Assembly: GCA_963832745.1 (NCBI GenBank)
Contig: CAWHVC010000001.1
Span: 352,001 to 416,000, forward strand
DNA length: 64,000 bases
Reading direction: 5' to 3'
Origin: Candidatus Bathyarchaeota archaeon
GTDB lineage: Archaea; Thermoproteota; Bathyarchaeia; Bathyarchaeales; Bathycorpusculaceae
Below, piece after piece: positions 30,797 through 40,638 of this stretch (the stretch's first letter is position 1; each line of letters opens with the position of its first letter). The position numbers were made by a program, and so were the translations under genes. The notes beneath the pieces are model-generated. The model was not told the origin of the DNA, searched no databases, and saw only the letters and a list, made by a program, of their open reading frames with translations.

Positions 30797-31723
30797 TTAT
30801 TCTAAAAATTGCTCCAAATACTCTGTAACCAACACGTAGGCTTGAGCGTCTTCTGGGCCTATCCGAACCCCGCCTCGGTCAGTTTTGATTAAAACTTCAC
30901 CATCATTCTCGCCAACAGGCTCATTATACCTTATCCTGTAAACAAGCATAGTCACCTTATCATTTTGCACTTGAAAAGTCAACAAAGGAAACTTGACACC
31001 TGGAAAAAATACGTCAAACTTTTCCCCCGTACGCTTCTCAATCATAAAATCTTTGCGTTCCTCCAAACCCAACAAACTATCCAAAAGGCTACCCTTAAAC
31101 CTGGGAAAACCCGACTGCACTTCCAATTCAGCCTTCCTCTTAACCGCACCAATCAGTCCATCTAATGCCAAATCATCCCAAAGCTCCACCCCCACCTTTT
31201 CCGCCTCCACCTTTGCCTGCTCAGAAAAACCCGTAGTAACCAAAACTATCGCCGTATCACATTCATAGATACGTTTTGCCTGCAGAGCCATCAAAACAAT
31301 CGCATCCGAAACCACACAATTTTTGGGATATTTACGCGCTAAAACCGCTGTTTTGCCACCGCTTTTAGAGGCAATATAGTCTATGCCTTGAAAGGCTTGT
31401 ATTTTTTCGGGGTGAATGTCATAGCCTAATTCTTGCATAAGCCATTTTGTAAAGTTCTCAAACTCTTTACCAGATAAACTGTCAAGGGTGTAGACGGGTT
31501 CTTTTTGCTGCTTTAAGCCAGTTTGTCTTTCAGCGACAGTTCTTAAGATTTTATGCTCAATCATTTCCGTTTTTTGTAAATGTTCTTTTTCGATTCTGCT
31601 TGCAAGCACTTCTGCCTTGTCAAGAGGCAACCTGAGTTCATCTTGGAGAACCTCTATAATGTCAAGGTTTGGGTACCGATTGAAGATTTCTTGTAAAACT
31701 CCGTTAAACTTTACGTGACGCAT
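30797..31723 (-). CDS. Mrr-like restriction-endonuclease-fold protein with degenerate catalytic motif
   Basis: LSGKEFE...L..LGY, GIDYIA, AVLARKY (canonical AVQxKxY), VTTGFS..A...A....VELWD. Confidence 0.8.
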   Translation of the reverse strand: MRHVKFNGVLQEIFNRYPNLDIIEVLQDELRLPLDKAEVLASRIEKEHLQKTEMIEHKILRTVAERQTGLKQQKEPVYTLDSLSGKEFENFTKWLMQELGYDIHPEKIQAFQGIDYIASKSGGKTAVLARKYPKNCVVSDAIVLMALQAKRIYECDTAIVLVTTGFSEQAKVEAEKVGVELWDDLALDGLIGAVKRKAELEVQSGFPRFKGSLLDSLLGLEERKDFMIEKRTGEKFDVFFPGVKFPLLTFQVQNDKVTMLVYRIRYNEPVGENDGEVLIKTDRGGVRIGPEDAQAYVLVTEYLEQFLE

Positions 31724-31735
31724 ACCTTTTAGCTC

Positions 31736-33094
31736 CTATCGAGTGCTTTTTCCCGCATGTTTAGGACATAGCTGATGTTTAAACTCGTCAGTGTAAGACA
31801 AATTCGCTTTCGAGTAAATTTTTCCGCTACCGCACACATCACAAAAACCGTAATGCTGGATACATACGCTTGAATTGTCGTAACTGCATTTAAACTCAAG
31901 CAAGCGACTATGCCGTTTTCCGCAGACCGAACACACAAACCCTGAACCCTGCTCAATATACTCTTTTAAAGTATCATCAAAAGTTAAGACAGCTTTTTTG
32001 GAGTAGACCTTGCCTGTGTCAATGGATTGTTTGATGCAGTTTCCGCAAACATATTGGGTGTCTTGGGTGGCGTATCCTTCAGTGAAGCCTTTTTTGCATA
32101 CTGGGCACGTGACTTCTATAGTCTGGTTCAAACCCAAAATCAACGATGAACAAATAACCGCGTCGTTATCAAGAACTACATCAAACTTTACCTTGAACGT
32201 ATTAACCACTAGTAAATTGATAAATTTCACCGAAATGTTAGTAAGGTAAGATTCTTCCTCCCTTTTCAGAAGCGCCACGTAATTGTTCTGCCATTTCAAC
32301 GGGTCAAAATCATGTTTTCGCGAAAGAATTTGCTCCCGACGCTCCTGTTTAAACCGTTTCTCAAAAGCATGAATCTTGGCCTTCTTCTCTCTGCTAAGTG
32401 GTAAATCAAAAAGCATCACCTTTTCACGGAGAAGTACCTCCAGTTTTTCTTCAGCTACGCTTTTCAGTTGGTCAAAAAGCTCTGGTTTAACTTTGCCTTT
32501 ACCATCTGAAACCTTCAATGAGGTATCCTCCATGAAGATGCTCTCGCCCAAAATTGCAACCTCCAAAATGTTGGCTTTCTCATCAAGCAAAATGGTTATG
32601 ATTTCCTCGTTTTTCGGTCTTAACTTATTGTAGAAGATAACTGAATAATAGAACTGGAAGTACCTTACCTGTTCTTGCTTGCCAATTTTTATTTGGCTGA
32701 TTTTGCCGCAGTTAATTTGGTGATGGCATGGTTGGGGTTTGACGCAGATGCTGATTTCCTTTTGTTCAACAGTGACTTTATCGCAGTCAATGCAGGCAAA
32801 CGTGGCGTCTTTAAAGTGCTTTTTTACTTCTGTTTCCATATCCTCTTGGGGGTTTAACTGGATTTGACATGGTACCCCATTTTCTTGGCATTCACGCAGT
32901 ACCTGTTGGAAAGCTGGACTTCCCGGCGCAATAAGCGGCACCTTTTTCTCCCTTCCAACCGACGGGTGATACGTATATTCCTCCTCAGCTTTATCGGGGT
33001 AAGTTACATAGAGAATATCGTTTTTGAAAGCTATTTTACCCTCTTTAGCTTTTATGTAAGCTTCAAAGAAGCTTTCAATGTTTGTTTCGCTCAA
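31736..33094 (-). CDS. Cys-rich multi-zinc-finger protein, YqhG-like partner of SNF2 helicase
   Basis: CIDC, CPVC, CGNC, CSVC, CIQH, CDVC, CPKH motifs, central coiled region; start overlaps the helicase stop. Confidence 0.7.
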   Translation of the reverse strand: MSETNIESFFEAYIKAKEGKIAFKNDILYVTYPDKAEEEYTYHPSVGREKKVPLIAPGSPAFQQVLRECQENGVPCQIQLNPQEDMETEVKKHFKDATFACIDCDKVTVEQKEISICVKPQPCHHQINCGKISQIKIGKQEQVRYFQFYYSVIFYNKLRPKNEEIITILLDEKANILEVAILGESIFMEDTSLKVSDGKGKVKPELFDQLKSVAEEKLEVLLREKVMLFDLPLSREKKAKIHAFEKRFKQERREQILSRKHDFDPLKWQNNYVALLKREEESYLTNISVKFINLLVVNTFKVKFDVVLDNDAVICSSLILGLNQTIEVTCPVCKKGFTEGYATQDTQYVCGNCIKQSIDTGKVYSKKAVLTFDDTLKEYIEQGSGFVCSVCGKRHSRLLEFKCSYDNSSVCIQHYGFCDVCGSGKIYSKANLSYTDEFKHQLCPKHAGKSTR

Positions 33095-35055
33095 TCAATT
33101 ACCCCTTGAGTAAATTGTTCAGCCATTTCTTGACTTTCTCTTGAAGTGTTTAGATTGTTGGCAAGTTTTTCCAGTTCCTTTTGAATATCCAGACGTGAAT
33201 TGCTTCTCAGCAAAATTTCGGCGATGGTTTTTTGAATGTCTTGGTCGCCTTCTTTCAATTCAGCCAGAACTGTTTCCATCTTGCCAATAGTCATAGTAAA
33301 TAACTCGATTTTCTGGTACAAAATGTGCAAGACATAATCATCTATTGTGTCTTTAACCGCAAGGTTGAAGACGGTGACGTCACGGTCTTGTTTGAAGCGG
33401 TGAATTCTGCCGATGCGTTGCTCAATTTTCATGGGGTTCCAATGTAAGTCGTAATTAAACATAATAGCGCAGTTCTGCAGGTTAAGACCTTCAGCAGCCG
33501 CGTCAGTCGCAATCAAGTACCGTATTTCACCTTTCTTGAAGGCTTCAATAGTGGAGTCTCTCTCTATTTGGTTCATGTCACCCAAATAAACTTCTGCTCT
33601 GCCAAATTCTTGGTCAATCATTTCCTTAATTTTGTGAGCCGTTATTTTTCGCAGACAGAAAATCAGCGCCTGCTCTTTGGGGGTTTGGTTTAGGATGCTT
33701 CTTAATAGGTCCATTTTAGCGCTTTTTACTTTCTTTGCCATTTCGATAAGTTTGTCGGTGGCTTCAGTTTCCATGGGAAAACGTTGCTGCCGTTTTTTCA
33801 ACGATTCAATGGATGCTGCAGGTGAACTGGAGAACGACTGTTGAAGTGTTATTGCTTGGAAAACCAAGATTGCGTTACTTTGTGACGCGCTAATTTTCCG
33901 GTTGGGATTTTCAGCGATTAAGGTTTCAATGGTTTTAAACTTGTTTTGGCTAACTGCCCGAAGGTACTCGGTTGCTTGGTCAATAAATTCGCGTTCGTAA
34001 TCGTTAGCTTCAAGCGTTCTGGATTCAACAACCCTTTTAGTAAATGGAATACCCGTCTGTTCCCTGCGTGTACGGCACATTATGTCCCTAAGGGTTTGTT
34101 TTAAACCGGGAGCTTCTTCTTGCCTTAATACTCGACTTCTTGCATCCTCTGCAAAACGAGAAATAAACGCCCGTTCACTATCCAAAATTCCCGGTTGAAT
34201 TAAATCAACAATGCTGTAAAGGTCCGTCAACTTGTTGCATAACGGTGTTGCAGTAAGCATCAGGAAATGATTTTTACGCAGGTTTCCAAGGCTCGCACGT
34301 CCTTTACTATGTGTGTTTCTGAAGGCGTGTGCTTCATCTACAACTATTAGATCCCATGTTCGGCTTGCAAGCGCCTCAAACTTTCTTGGTAACAGGCTGT
34401 GAGAACAGATTATTTTGTCATCAGCCTTAAGATTCACACGTTCACCGGGATAGTTGGCTATGAAAAAGTTTTCTCCAAACTTTTCCGACATTTCGGCTTT
34501 CCATTGGGAAAGCAAGCTTTTAGGTGAAATAATTAGGATTGAATTAATTTCGCCCCTCAAAACCAGCTCTTTAATGATTAAGCCTGCTTCAATGGTTTTG
34601 CCAAGACCCACTTCATCAGCTAAAATCGCGTTAGCATTCATCTCATTAATTACTTGAAGCGCGGTTTGCATTTGGAAATTGTACGGCACCAGCTTGGTCC
34701 TGATGGCATCCAGAGCGATCAGGTGGTCAATTTTACCCGTATTTTTAATCTGTAACGCTTCAAGGTTAAGCTTGAATTTTTGGTACGTCGCATAATTATT
34801 TGCCGAAACAAGCTTTTTGATGTTATAAAGGTCAGAGTAAGTGCAGGTATAGCGGTGTTTGACCATTTTGCCTGCAGAGTTCTCCTCCTCAAAATCGCAA
34901 ATAACGGTTTTTTCTTCAGCTTTACCCTTTTCTGCAGCTGAGTTCTTCTTGGTTCTTCGTGTTTTTACCTGCGAGTTTTCGAGGTTAATTAAGTTTGGGC
35001 TGGTTATGGTTGTTTTTGTGACTAAAGAGTTGGAGTCTTTTAGGTTTTCAGACAA
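33091..35055 (-). CDS. SNF2-family (YqhH/RapA-like) SF2 helicase/ATPase
   Basis: LADEVGLGKT, DEAH, LTATP, TDAAAEGLNLQ, YDLHWNPMKIEQRIGRIHR. Confidence 0.95.
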   Translation of the reverse strand: MSENLKDSNSLVTKTTITSPNLINLENSQVKTRRTKKNSAAEKGKAEEKTVICDFEEENSAGKMVKHRYTCTYSDLYNIKKLVSANNYATYQKFKLNLEALQIKNTGKIDHLIALDAIRTKLVPYNFQMQTALQVINEMNANAILADEVGLGKTIEAGLIIKELVLRGEINSILIISPKSLLSQWKAEMSEKFGENFFIANYPGERVNLKADDKIICSHSLLPRKFEALASRTWDLIVVDEAHAFRNTHSKGRASLGNLRKNHFLMLTATPLCNKLTDLYSIVDLIQPGILDSERAFISRFAEDARSRVLRQEEAPGLKQTLRDIMCRTRREQTGIPFTKRVVESRTLEANDYEREFIDQATEYLRAVSQNKFKTIETLIAENPNRKISASQSNAILVFQAITLQQSFSSSPAASIESLKKRQQRFPMETEATDKLIEMAKKVKSAKMDLLRSILNQTPKEQALIFCLRKITAHKIKEMIDQEFGRAEVYLGDMNQIERDSTIEAFKKGEIRYLIATDAAAEGLNLQNCAIMFNYDLHWNPMKIEQRIGRIHRFKQDRDVTVFNLAVKDTIDDYVLHILYQKIELFTMTIGKMETVLAELKEGDQDIQKTIAEILLRSNSRLDIQKELEKLANNLNTSRESQEMAEQFTQGVID

Positions 35056-35300
35056 GCGTATCGCGGTTTCTACTTTATGTCAGGGTATAAAAACATAAAG
35101 TTTCAGAAAACCGGTTTTTCGCAAGATATACAACCAGATTAGGTCTTGATGGATCCATGATATCTCCTTAAAACACTAAAATTCGAGTTGAAAAATTAGT
35201 TTTCTTGCTCTTTGTGCAGTTTTTTATCCTTTTTCGATTTACCAGTTAAACTTAACTTTAACCGAAGATATGATTAAGCATCTAACCGGAGTTACATGTA

Positions 35301-35471
35301 GTGAAGAAGAAACGAGATAGCGTAGAAGTGACTGAAGCAGAAACTTTTGTGTCTTATAGTGAGAAGCTCAAACAGAAGTATGGTGACAACTGGCTGGGGA
35401 AGGGTAAGTGTACGGGGTTAGAGTTTAAACGTTGGTTAGCTTTACGCGATAATAAAACAGAAATTCCATAA
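35301..35471 (+). CDS. small hypothetical protein (56 aa, not in ORF track)
   Basis: GTG..TAA open frame MKKKRDSVEV...LKQKYGDNWLGKG...FKRWLALRD, GGAG upstream. Confidence 0.45.
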   Translation: MKKKRDSVEVTEAETFVSYSEKLKQKYGDNWLGKGKCTGLEFKRWLALRDNKTEIP

Positions 35472-35499
35472 AAAATGAGGGCTTTGTAAGTGTTCTTAA

Positions 35500-35870
35500 G
35501 TCTCAGTAATGTTTCCCCGCATTAATGTATATCTGGTTAGGATTTCTTCGGGTGTTCTCCCAAGCCCTTATACTTTCTTTTAGCAGGTCGATTCTGCTTA
35601 CCTATGCTTTTGCTCTGATGGCTAATCCTGCACTGTTGTAGAGCTCTCTTAGTGTTTCTATACCCACGATTTGCATGTCTTCGTAAATGTCGTTAGTATA
35701 ACCCATTAACATAATTGGTTATATCGCTGTTGACTTAGCAACACCCATTTTTGTTTAGAAGTATTTTCTTAAACTGTGGGTTCTAACACCGTACATCCAG
35801 CTGTCAAGAAATTTTTTGGCCGTACCAGCATTTACTGCATGTTCATAAACGATTTTTCTGACAGGTGAAT
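35500..35870 (-). pseudogene. tyrosine recombinase/integrase C-terminal pseudogene
   Basis: Translates VRKIV...MYGVRTHSLRKYF*TKM, then MGY...Y....IETLRELY; HxLR motif and catalytic-Tyr region, with stops and frameshifts. Confidence 0.8.
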
Positions 35871-35966
35871 AGGTTTACTTTAAAAAAATCAACCTCGTTT
35901 GGGCTATAGGCGTCTATCTTGGTTATATGAGTTGTGTCTTTTTGCTCCTATCACAATAATGCTGGG

Positions 35967-36037
35967 TAGCGACATAACTGTTGTAGATGCGCTAGCAAAA
36001 TGTATGAAAGCAATATTTTCGAAGTTGCTGGTGATTG
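35967..36037 (+). repeat. degenerate direct repeat of CLC-CBS gene 3' region (48724..48794)
   Basis: Manual alignment about 63/72 identical columns, same orientation. Confidence 0.85.
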
Positions 36038-36086
36038 TAATTACGCTGTCACACAGCCTTAAAGGTACGTTCTCATTGAACTCGCT

Positions 36087-37601
36087 ATGGTGGCGCCAAA
36101 TTTGGAATATAAGTGGATAGCCGCAACTGTAACAACAATCGGCATTTTCATGGTTGGACTAGACTCACGTATTGTGATTATAGGCTTACCGCAAGTTGCC
36201 TACCAGTTAGGTGCGAGCGCGGAGCAAGCCATTTGGATTACCCAGTCTTATGTTCTAACAACCACTGTTTTACTGTTATTGATTGGGCGGCTATCAGATA
36301 TTTTTGGCAGAGTTAGGATTTACTGGATGGGCTTTGCCATCTTCACAATTGGGTCAGCACTGACCAGTCTGGGTTTTAGTCCCCTTTCAGTAATAATATT
36401 TAGAGCAATTCAGGGAGCGGGTGGTGCTCTTATATTCGCCAATAGCATCGCCATAGTGACAGACTCTTCACCTCATCGTCAGTTGGGCTTTTTTGTTGGA
36501 ATAAACCAAATTTCATATCGTGCAGGCGCAATTTTGGGATTGACTTTAAGTGGGTTGATTTTGTCCTTTTTTGATTGGCGAGCTCTTTTTTATATCAATA
36601 TTCCTGTAGGGGTCTTCGGGACCTACTGGGCAAGAAAACGGCTCAAAGAAGTTGCGGTGTTAGATAAAAATTCAAAGATTGATTGGATCGGCTTTTCTGC
36701 GTTTACAGTATTTCTCCTATCTTTGATGATCGCTTTAACAATCAGCGCTTATTATTCTTTGGAGTCAGCGTCTGTTCTGGGTCTTTTCTTATTATCGGCG
36801 ATTTTTTTTGTGTTGTTTGCTTTGTGGGAGAGAAAGACTAGTGCCCCTTTGATTGATTTTAGAATATTTAAGATTAGAGAAGTTACAGGAGGGGTGATGG
36901 CTGTTCTGCTTAATGTTATTGCTTGGGCAGCAATGCTTCTACTGCTAAGCCTACAGTTTCAACTGGTCAATAATCAGACGCCCCTTGAGGCAGGGATTAG
37001 CATACTTCCATTCGAGATTGCATTCTTAGCCGTTGGGCCTCTAAGCGGAACTTTATCAGATAGGTTCGGGTACACTCGGTTTATATTAACGGGTTTGAGT
37101 TTAGGAAGCATTTCGCTTTTTCTCCTATCAACAACTGATGCCAACACGCCTTACTCAATATTAGCACTCTACATGGCTCTGATGGGAGTTGCCACTGGTT
37201 TGTTCCTAGCACCTAACTTGCGGTCTGTGATGGGCGCGCTTCCAATGCAGAGACGGGGAGTCGGTTCTGCCTTAGTTTCACTTTTTCTCAACATAGGATT
37301 AACAATTAGCCTCAACTTTGCAATAGTTATAATGTCATTAATTGCCCCTTATGACTTAATTACACGGATTGTTTCTGGCATCGGCTCGGTTTCAGTAACC
37401 GCAGCTCAACAAGCGCTTTTCATGGATAGTATCAAGTTCACTTACGCTATTATTGCAGTCGTTAATGCTTTGGCTATTATTCCCTCAGTTTTCCAAATCA
37501 ACAGGCAGCGCAAAAATAAAGTTTTGTCTTCTTCTAAACAACCGCCCATGGCAACAGTTGAGGCTATTGCGTTGGAACGCTCGTCATACTTACTTGAATA
37601 G
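36087..37601 (+). CDS. MFS transporter, DHA2/EmrB-QacA-like
   Basis: GRLSDIFGR, RAIQGAG, WRALFYINIPVG, GTLSDRFG; ~14 TM. Confidence 0.92.
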   Translation: MVAPNLEYKWIAATVTTIGIFMVGLDSRIVIIGLPQVAYQLGASAEQAIWITQSYVLTTTVLLLLIGRLSDIFGRVRIYWMGFAIFTIGSALTSLGFSPLSVIIFRAIQGAGGALIFANSIAIVTDSSPHRQLGFFVGINQISYRAGAILGLTLSGLILSFFDWRALFYINIPVGVFGTYWARKRLKEVAVLDKNSKIDWIGFSAFTVFLLSLMIALTISAYYSLESASVLGLFLLSAIFFVLFALWERKTSAPLIDFRIFKIREVTGGVMAVLLNVIAWAAMLLLLSLQFQLVNNQTPLEAGISILPFEIAFLAVGPLSGTLSDRFGYTRFILTGLSLGSISLFLLSTTDANTPYSILALYMALMGVATGLFLAPNLRSVMGALPMQRRGVGSALVSLFLNIGLTISLNFAIVIMSLIAPYDLITRIVSGIGSVSVTAAQQALFMDSIKFTYAIIAVVNALAIIPSVFQINRQRKNKVLSSSKQPPMATVEAIALERSSYLLE

Positions 37602-37909
37602 CACTTGAGTACTTATCTGCGCTTTTTCAACTGACAACCTGAATGCTTAGCCACAGTCTAATTCTTAAGGGGCGATAATGCTTGAGGATAACATAAGCTG
37701 ACGTGAAAAAAGCGATCCATAAAACATAATGCCCAAGCAATTCCTTACTGTGATGAAACCTAACGTATAAGAACCCAGAAAATCGAGTCCTATATTTAAC
37801 ATCGAAAGAACAAATGCAATCGCAATTAGGGTTATCAAAATTACTAAAACTGTCTATTTAGCGTTTTGAACGCTTTTTCCAAAAACTCACTATCTAAAAA
37901 ACTGATTGC

Positions 37910-38818
37910 TTAATACATTCTCAGTTCGGGCACTTCCATTCCAGTTTCAGTTTTTCTGAAAAGTTTCCAAATATTCAATTGAATATTTTTTAAATCACTT
38001 AAGTCGTTTGCGAGGGCTTTTATTACGAGCCCGTGGTTATTTGCCATTTCTGTGGCTCCACCGTAGGTATTTTGAAAATCAATTTGTTTCTTGGCATTGA
38101 CAGCTTTTTCAGAATACCAATATGCTTTTAAATAATACTTGTTATTACCAAAAATAATGTCTAATATTTCTTTGTCCTGTTTAGTAAATTGAGTACTTTC
38201 GCTTAGAAGCAGTTGATTATTTTTCTCGATCATGACTTTTGAAGAGTATAACTCAAAATCCCAAAATTCTCCCCGTTCAACGCGTCCCGGGCAAAATATC
38301 TCACAGTAGAGAAGTCTAGACTCATCGCTAACATGGAACGTTGTTCTTTGATGCCATCGCGAATCAACAAACAGCATTGTCTCTCGGGGAAGATACTCTA
38401 ATCGACTATTTTTTCCAAGGAAAACATCCACCTGCTTGCTTGCGTAATTCAGATCCATTTTGTATACTTTTGTGGCCATCGTATCAGTGATGAATGCTTC
38501 AGCGCCTTCGTTTAATCTTATTTTGTAAGTGTACCTGTCGCCTTGTACAATTCCGCCTGTTGGGTTCATGAAGAGGATGTATGGTAAACCCGGTAGATAT
38601 GGGTCATAGTATAATTCTCTTAAAAGTTTTGCGGGAAGTACATTATACAGGTCTGTGAGGTATGTTTTGTCTTGATATTTGGTAAATGTTAATTCTGCAA
38701 TAGCTTCTTTACCTGGCGATCCAACTGCAAGTCTTGGCTTTTCAGCTTCATAAGTTAAGAAATTAGATGGTAAATCGCTTAAATCTTGAAGCACTTTTTG
38801 AAGCACGTCCAGTGTCAT
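37910..38818 (-). CDS. ureD: urease accessory protein UreD/UreH
   Basis: NPTGGIVQGD, ATKVYKM, LEYLP, PGR..RGE; position in ure operon. Confidence 0.92.
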   Translation of the reverse strand: MTLDVLQKVLQDLSDLPSNFLTYEAEKPRLAVGSPGKEAIAELTFTKYQDKTYLTDLYNVLPAKLLRELYYDPYLPGLPYILFMNPTGGIVQGDRYTYKIRLNEGAEAFITDTMATKVYKMDLNYASKQVDVFLGKNSRLEYLPRETMLFVDSRWHQRTTFHVSDESRLLYCEIFCPGRVERGEFWDFELYSSKVMIEKNNQLLLSESTQFTKQDKEILDIIFGNNKYYLKAYWYSEKAVNAKKQIDFQNTYGGATEMANNHGLVIKALANDLSDLKNIQLNIWKLFRKTETGMEVPELRMY

Positions 38819-39462
38819 TTGAAAAGTGCCTTTTCCCTTAGTATTTTAACGACTTCATCAAGGCCTGTGCCCTCTTTAAGGGAAAGTAACACTGTAGGAT
38901 TGCCATCTCTAATTCTTTCGGCATCTTCCCTCATTAGGTCAAGGTTGGCTGTTTTTACGCCTGATTCAAGAATCGTTGATTCAACATATGGGGCTAAATC
39001 TATTTTGTTTATAATAAGCATATCAGATTTTTTAATTCCTAAACCGCCTTTGCGTATTGTTTTATCTCCACCAGCGACATCAACCATGTAAATGAAATAG
39101 TCTGCAAGTTTTGGACTAAACGTGAGTGTTATGTTGTCTCCACCTGATTCTATAAGAATTGCATCTAAACCCGGATTTTCTTTCTCAAGCTTCTCAGCAG
39201 CATCTATGTTCATTGATGGGTCATCCCTTACGGCTGTGTGAGGGCAACCACCTGTTTCAATGCCTATGATTAGGTTTGGGTCAATGTTTTTTCCAAGTCT
39301 TGTAGCGAGCCTTCGGGCGTCCTCTCTGGAGTAAACATCATTTGATATTGCTCCAACCTTGAAGCCTTGATCGACAAATTTTGGAATTAGTTTTTCGATT
39401 AATTCTGTTTTTCCGCAGCCTATTGCGCCGCCTATTCCAATTCTAACTGTTCTACTACTCAT
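38815..39462 (-). CDS. ureG: urease accessory GTPase UreG
   Basis: GCGKT, ETGGCPH, ESGGDN, DVAGGDK, NKIDLAPYV. Confidence 0.97.
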   Translation of the reverse strand: MSSRTVRIGIGGAIGCGKTELIEKLIPKFVDQGFKVGAISNDVYSREDARRLATRLGKNIDPNLIIGIETGGCPHTAVRDDPSMNIDAAEKLEKENPGLDAILIESGGDNITLTFSPKLADYFIYMVDVAGGDKTIRKGGLGIKKSDMLIINKIDLAPYVESTILESGVKTANLDLMREDAERIRDGNPTVLLSLKEGTGLDEVVKILREKALFK

Positions 39463-39476
39463 AATTTTTGTCTCCT

Positions 39477-40154
39477 TTAACTCATGAACATTCTGCTGTT
39501 GCTTAATTCGTGCCTCATTGAGGCAATATCTACCAGTGGAAAAGTTTGATGTAAATCGGTTAACTTTAAAGGTTTAACCTCGATTGAAGAAAACGCGTTG
39601 CTTATGATTTTTTGGGCTTCTAAGTAATCGATTATGCCCATTCGTACCAAAGAAGCCGTGACTTCCATTAGATTTACGTATAGAAGAGATAAAGCGCCTG
39701 AATCTTTGAAACCAAATTGGTGAGAAACGAGCGCTAAAACCACGGGGTAGGTTCCATAAGATTGACCTGATTTGACAAGTTCTTTGAAGTCTTTTCCCAT
39801 TGAATCTTCGTTGAATTCAATTGCGTTTATCATGCCTCTTCCCATTTTAACGATGGCTGAACGGGTTTCTTCAGCAATTTTAGCGGAATAACATATTTCA
39901 TCAATTTTTTTCAGCAATTCGATGTCGCCTGTTTCAACAGCGTTTAATGCTTGAAAAAAAATTCCAACATCGAAAGATTGCCATACTTTTTCAACGTAGA
40001 TGTTAATTATTGTTGAAATCTTGTCTTTGGGTAACAGGTCTTCGTTTACTACTTGTTCTATACCTTGAGACATCATAAATGAACCCATAGGAAAAAAGGA
40101 GTCAGACAAACGAAGCAAGTTTAACAATTTTTCGTTTTCACTTAAACTATTCAT
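39477..40154 (-). CDS. ureF: urease accessory protein UreF
   Basis: LSDSFFPMGSF..SQGIE; C-terminal DIASMRHE....RMFMS. Confidence 0.93.
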   Translation of the reverse strand: MNSLSENEKLLNLLRLSDSFFPMGSFMMSQGIEQVVNEDLLPKDKISTIINIYVEKVWQSFDVGIFFQALNAVETGDIELLKKIDEICYSAKIAEETRSAIVKMGRGMINAIEFNEDSMGKDFKELVKSGQSYGTYPVVLALVSHQFGFKDSGALSLLYVNLMEVTASLVRMGIIDYLEAQKIISNAFSSIEVKPLKLTDLHQTFPLVDIASMRHELSNSRMFMS

Positions 40155-40620
40155 CCTCTTCCCCTCCATGGTATCCCGCTGCGGACATGGTGATTATTTT
40201 TTGGGTTGGCTCAAACTTGATTGGTAGCTTCATCGATTGAAGAATTTTCGTGATTTTTTCTTCGCCTAAGGTTACTGGAACGTAGACATCGTTGTTTTCA
40301 ATCAAAACTTCAAGGTGCCGATTACCTAGATTGTAGCCTAATTTTATTGCTTGCTCCAAAAGCGTTGTATCTGGCGCGTTTAAATTCACTTTTATTACAC
40401 GCTCAGGTTCAATCAAAATCTTGAAGTATTCACCTTTTTCAGAAGGACCAAAAATGTCACCTTGGAGTATTGTTTCGCCTCTGGGTAAATTAATGATTAA
40501 ATCTTCTCCATCGTTTAACTTTGTTCTTATTCGGCCTCTCATTGCATCTTGCCTATTAGTGGTCACTTCTTTAACATTATCAATGGATAATGAATTGGCT
40601 ATCTTTTCTGAAAAAATCAA
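40147..40620 (-). CDS. ureE: urease accessory nickel chaperone UreE
   Basis: LPRG..L.GD, GYNLGNRH; no His-rich tail. Confidence 0.9.
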   Translation of the reverse strand: MIFSEKIANSLSIDNVKEVTTNRQDAMRGRIRTKLNDGEDLIINLPRGETILQGDIFGPSEKGEYFKILIEPERVIKVNLNAPDTTLLEQAIKLGYNLGNRHLEVLIENNDVYVPVTLGEEKITKILQSMKLPIKFEPTQKIITMSAAGYHGGEEDE

Positions 40621-40638
40621 ACAAATTGCCTCTCTTAA

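Noticed and set aside
35107-35118. Palindrome AAAACCGGTTTT upstream of the helicase promoter
   Set aside because: Single low-complexity palindrome; no second copy noticed to support an operator
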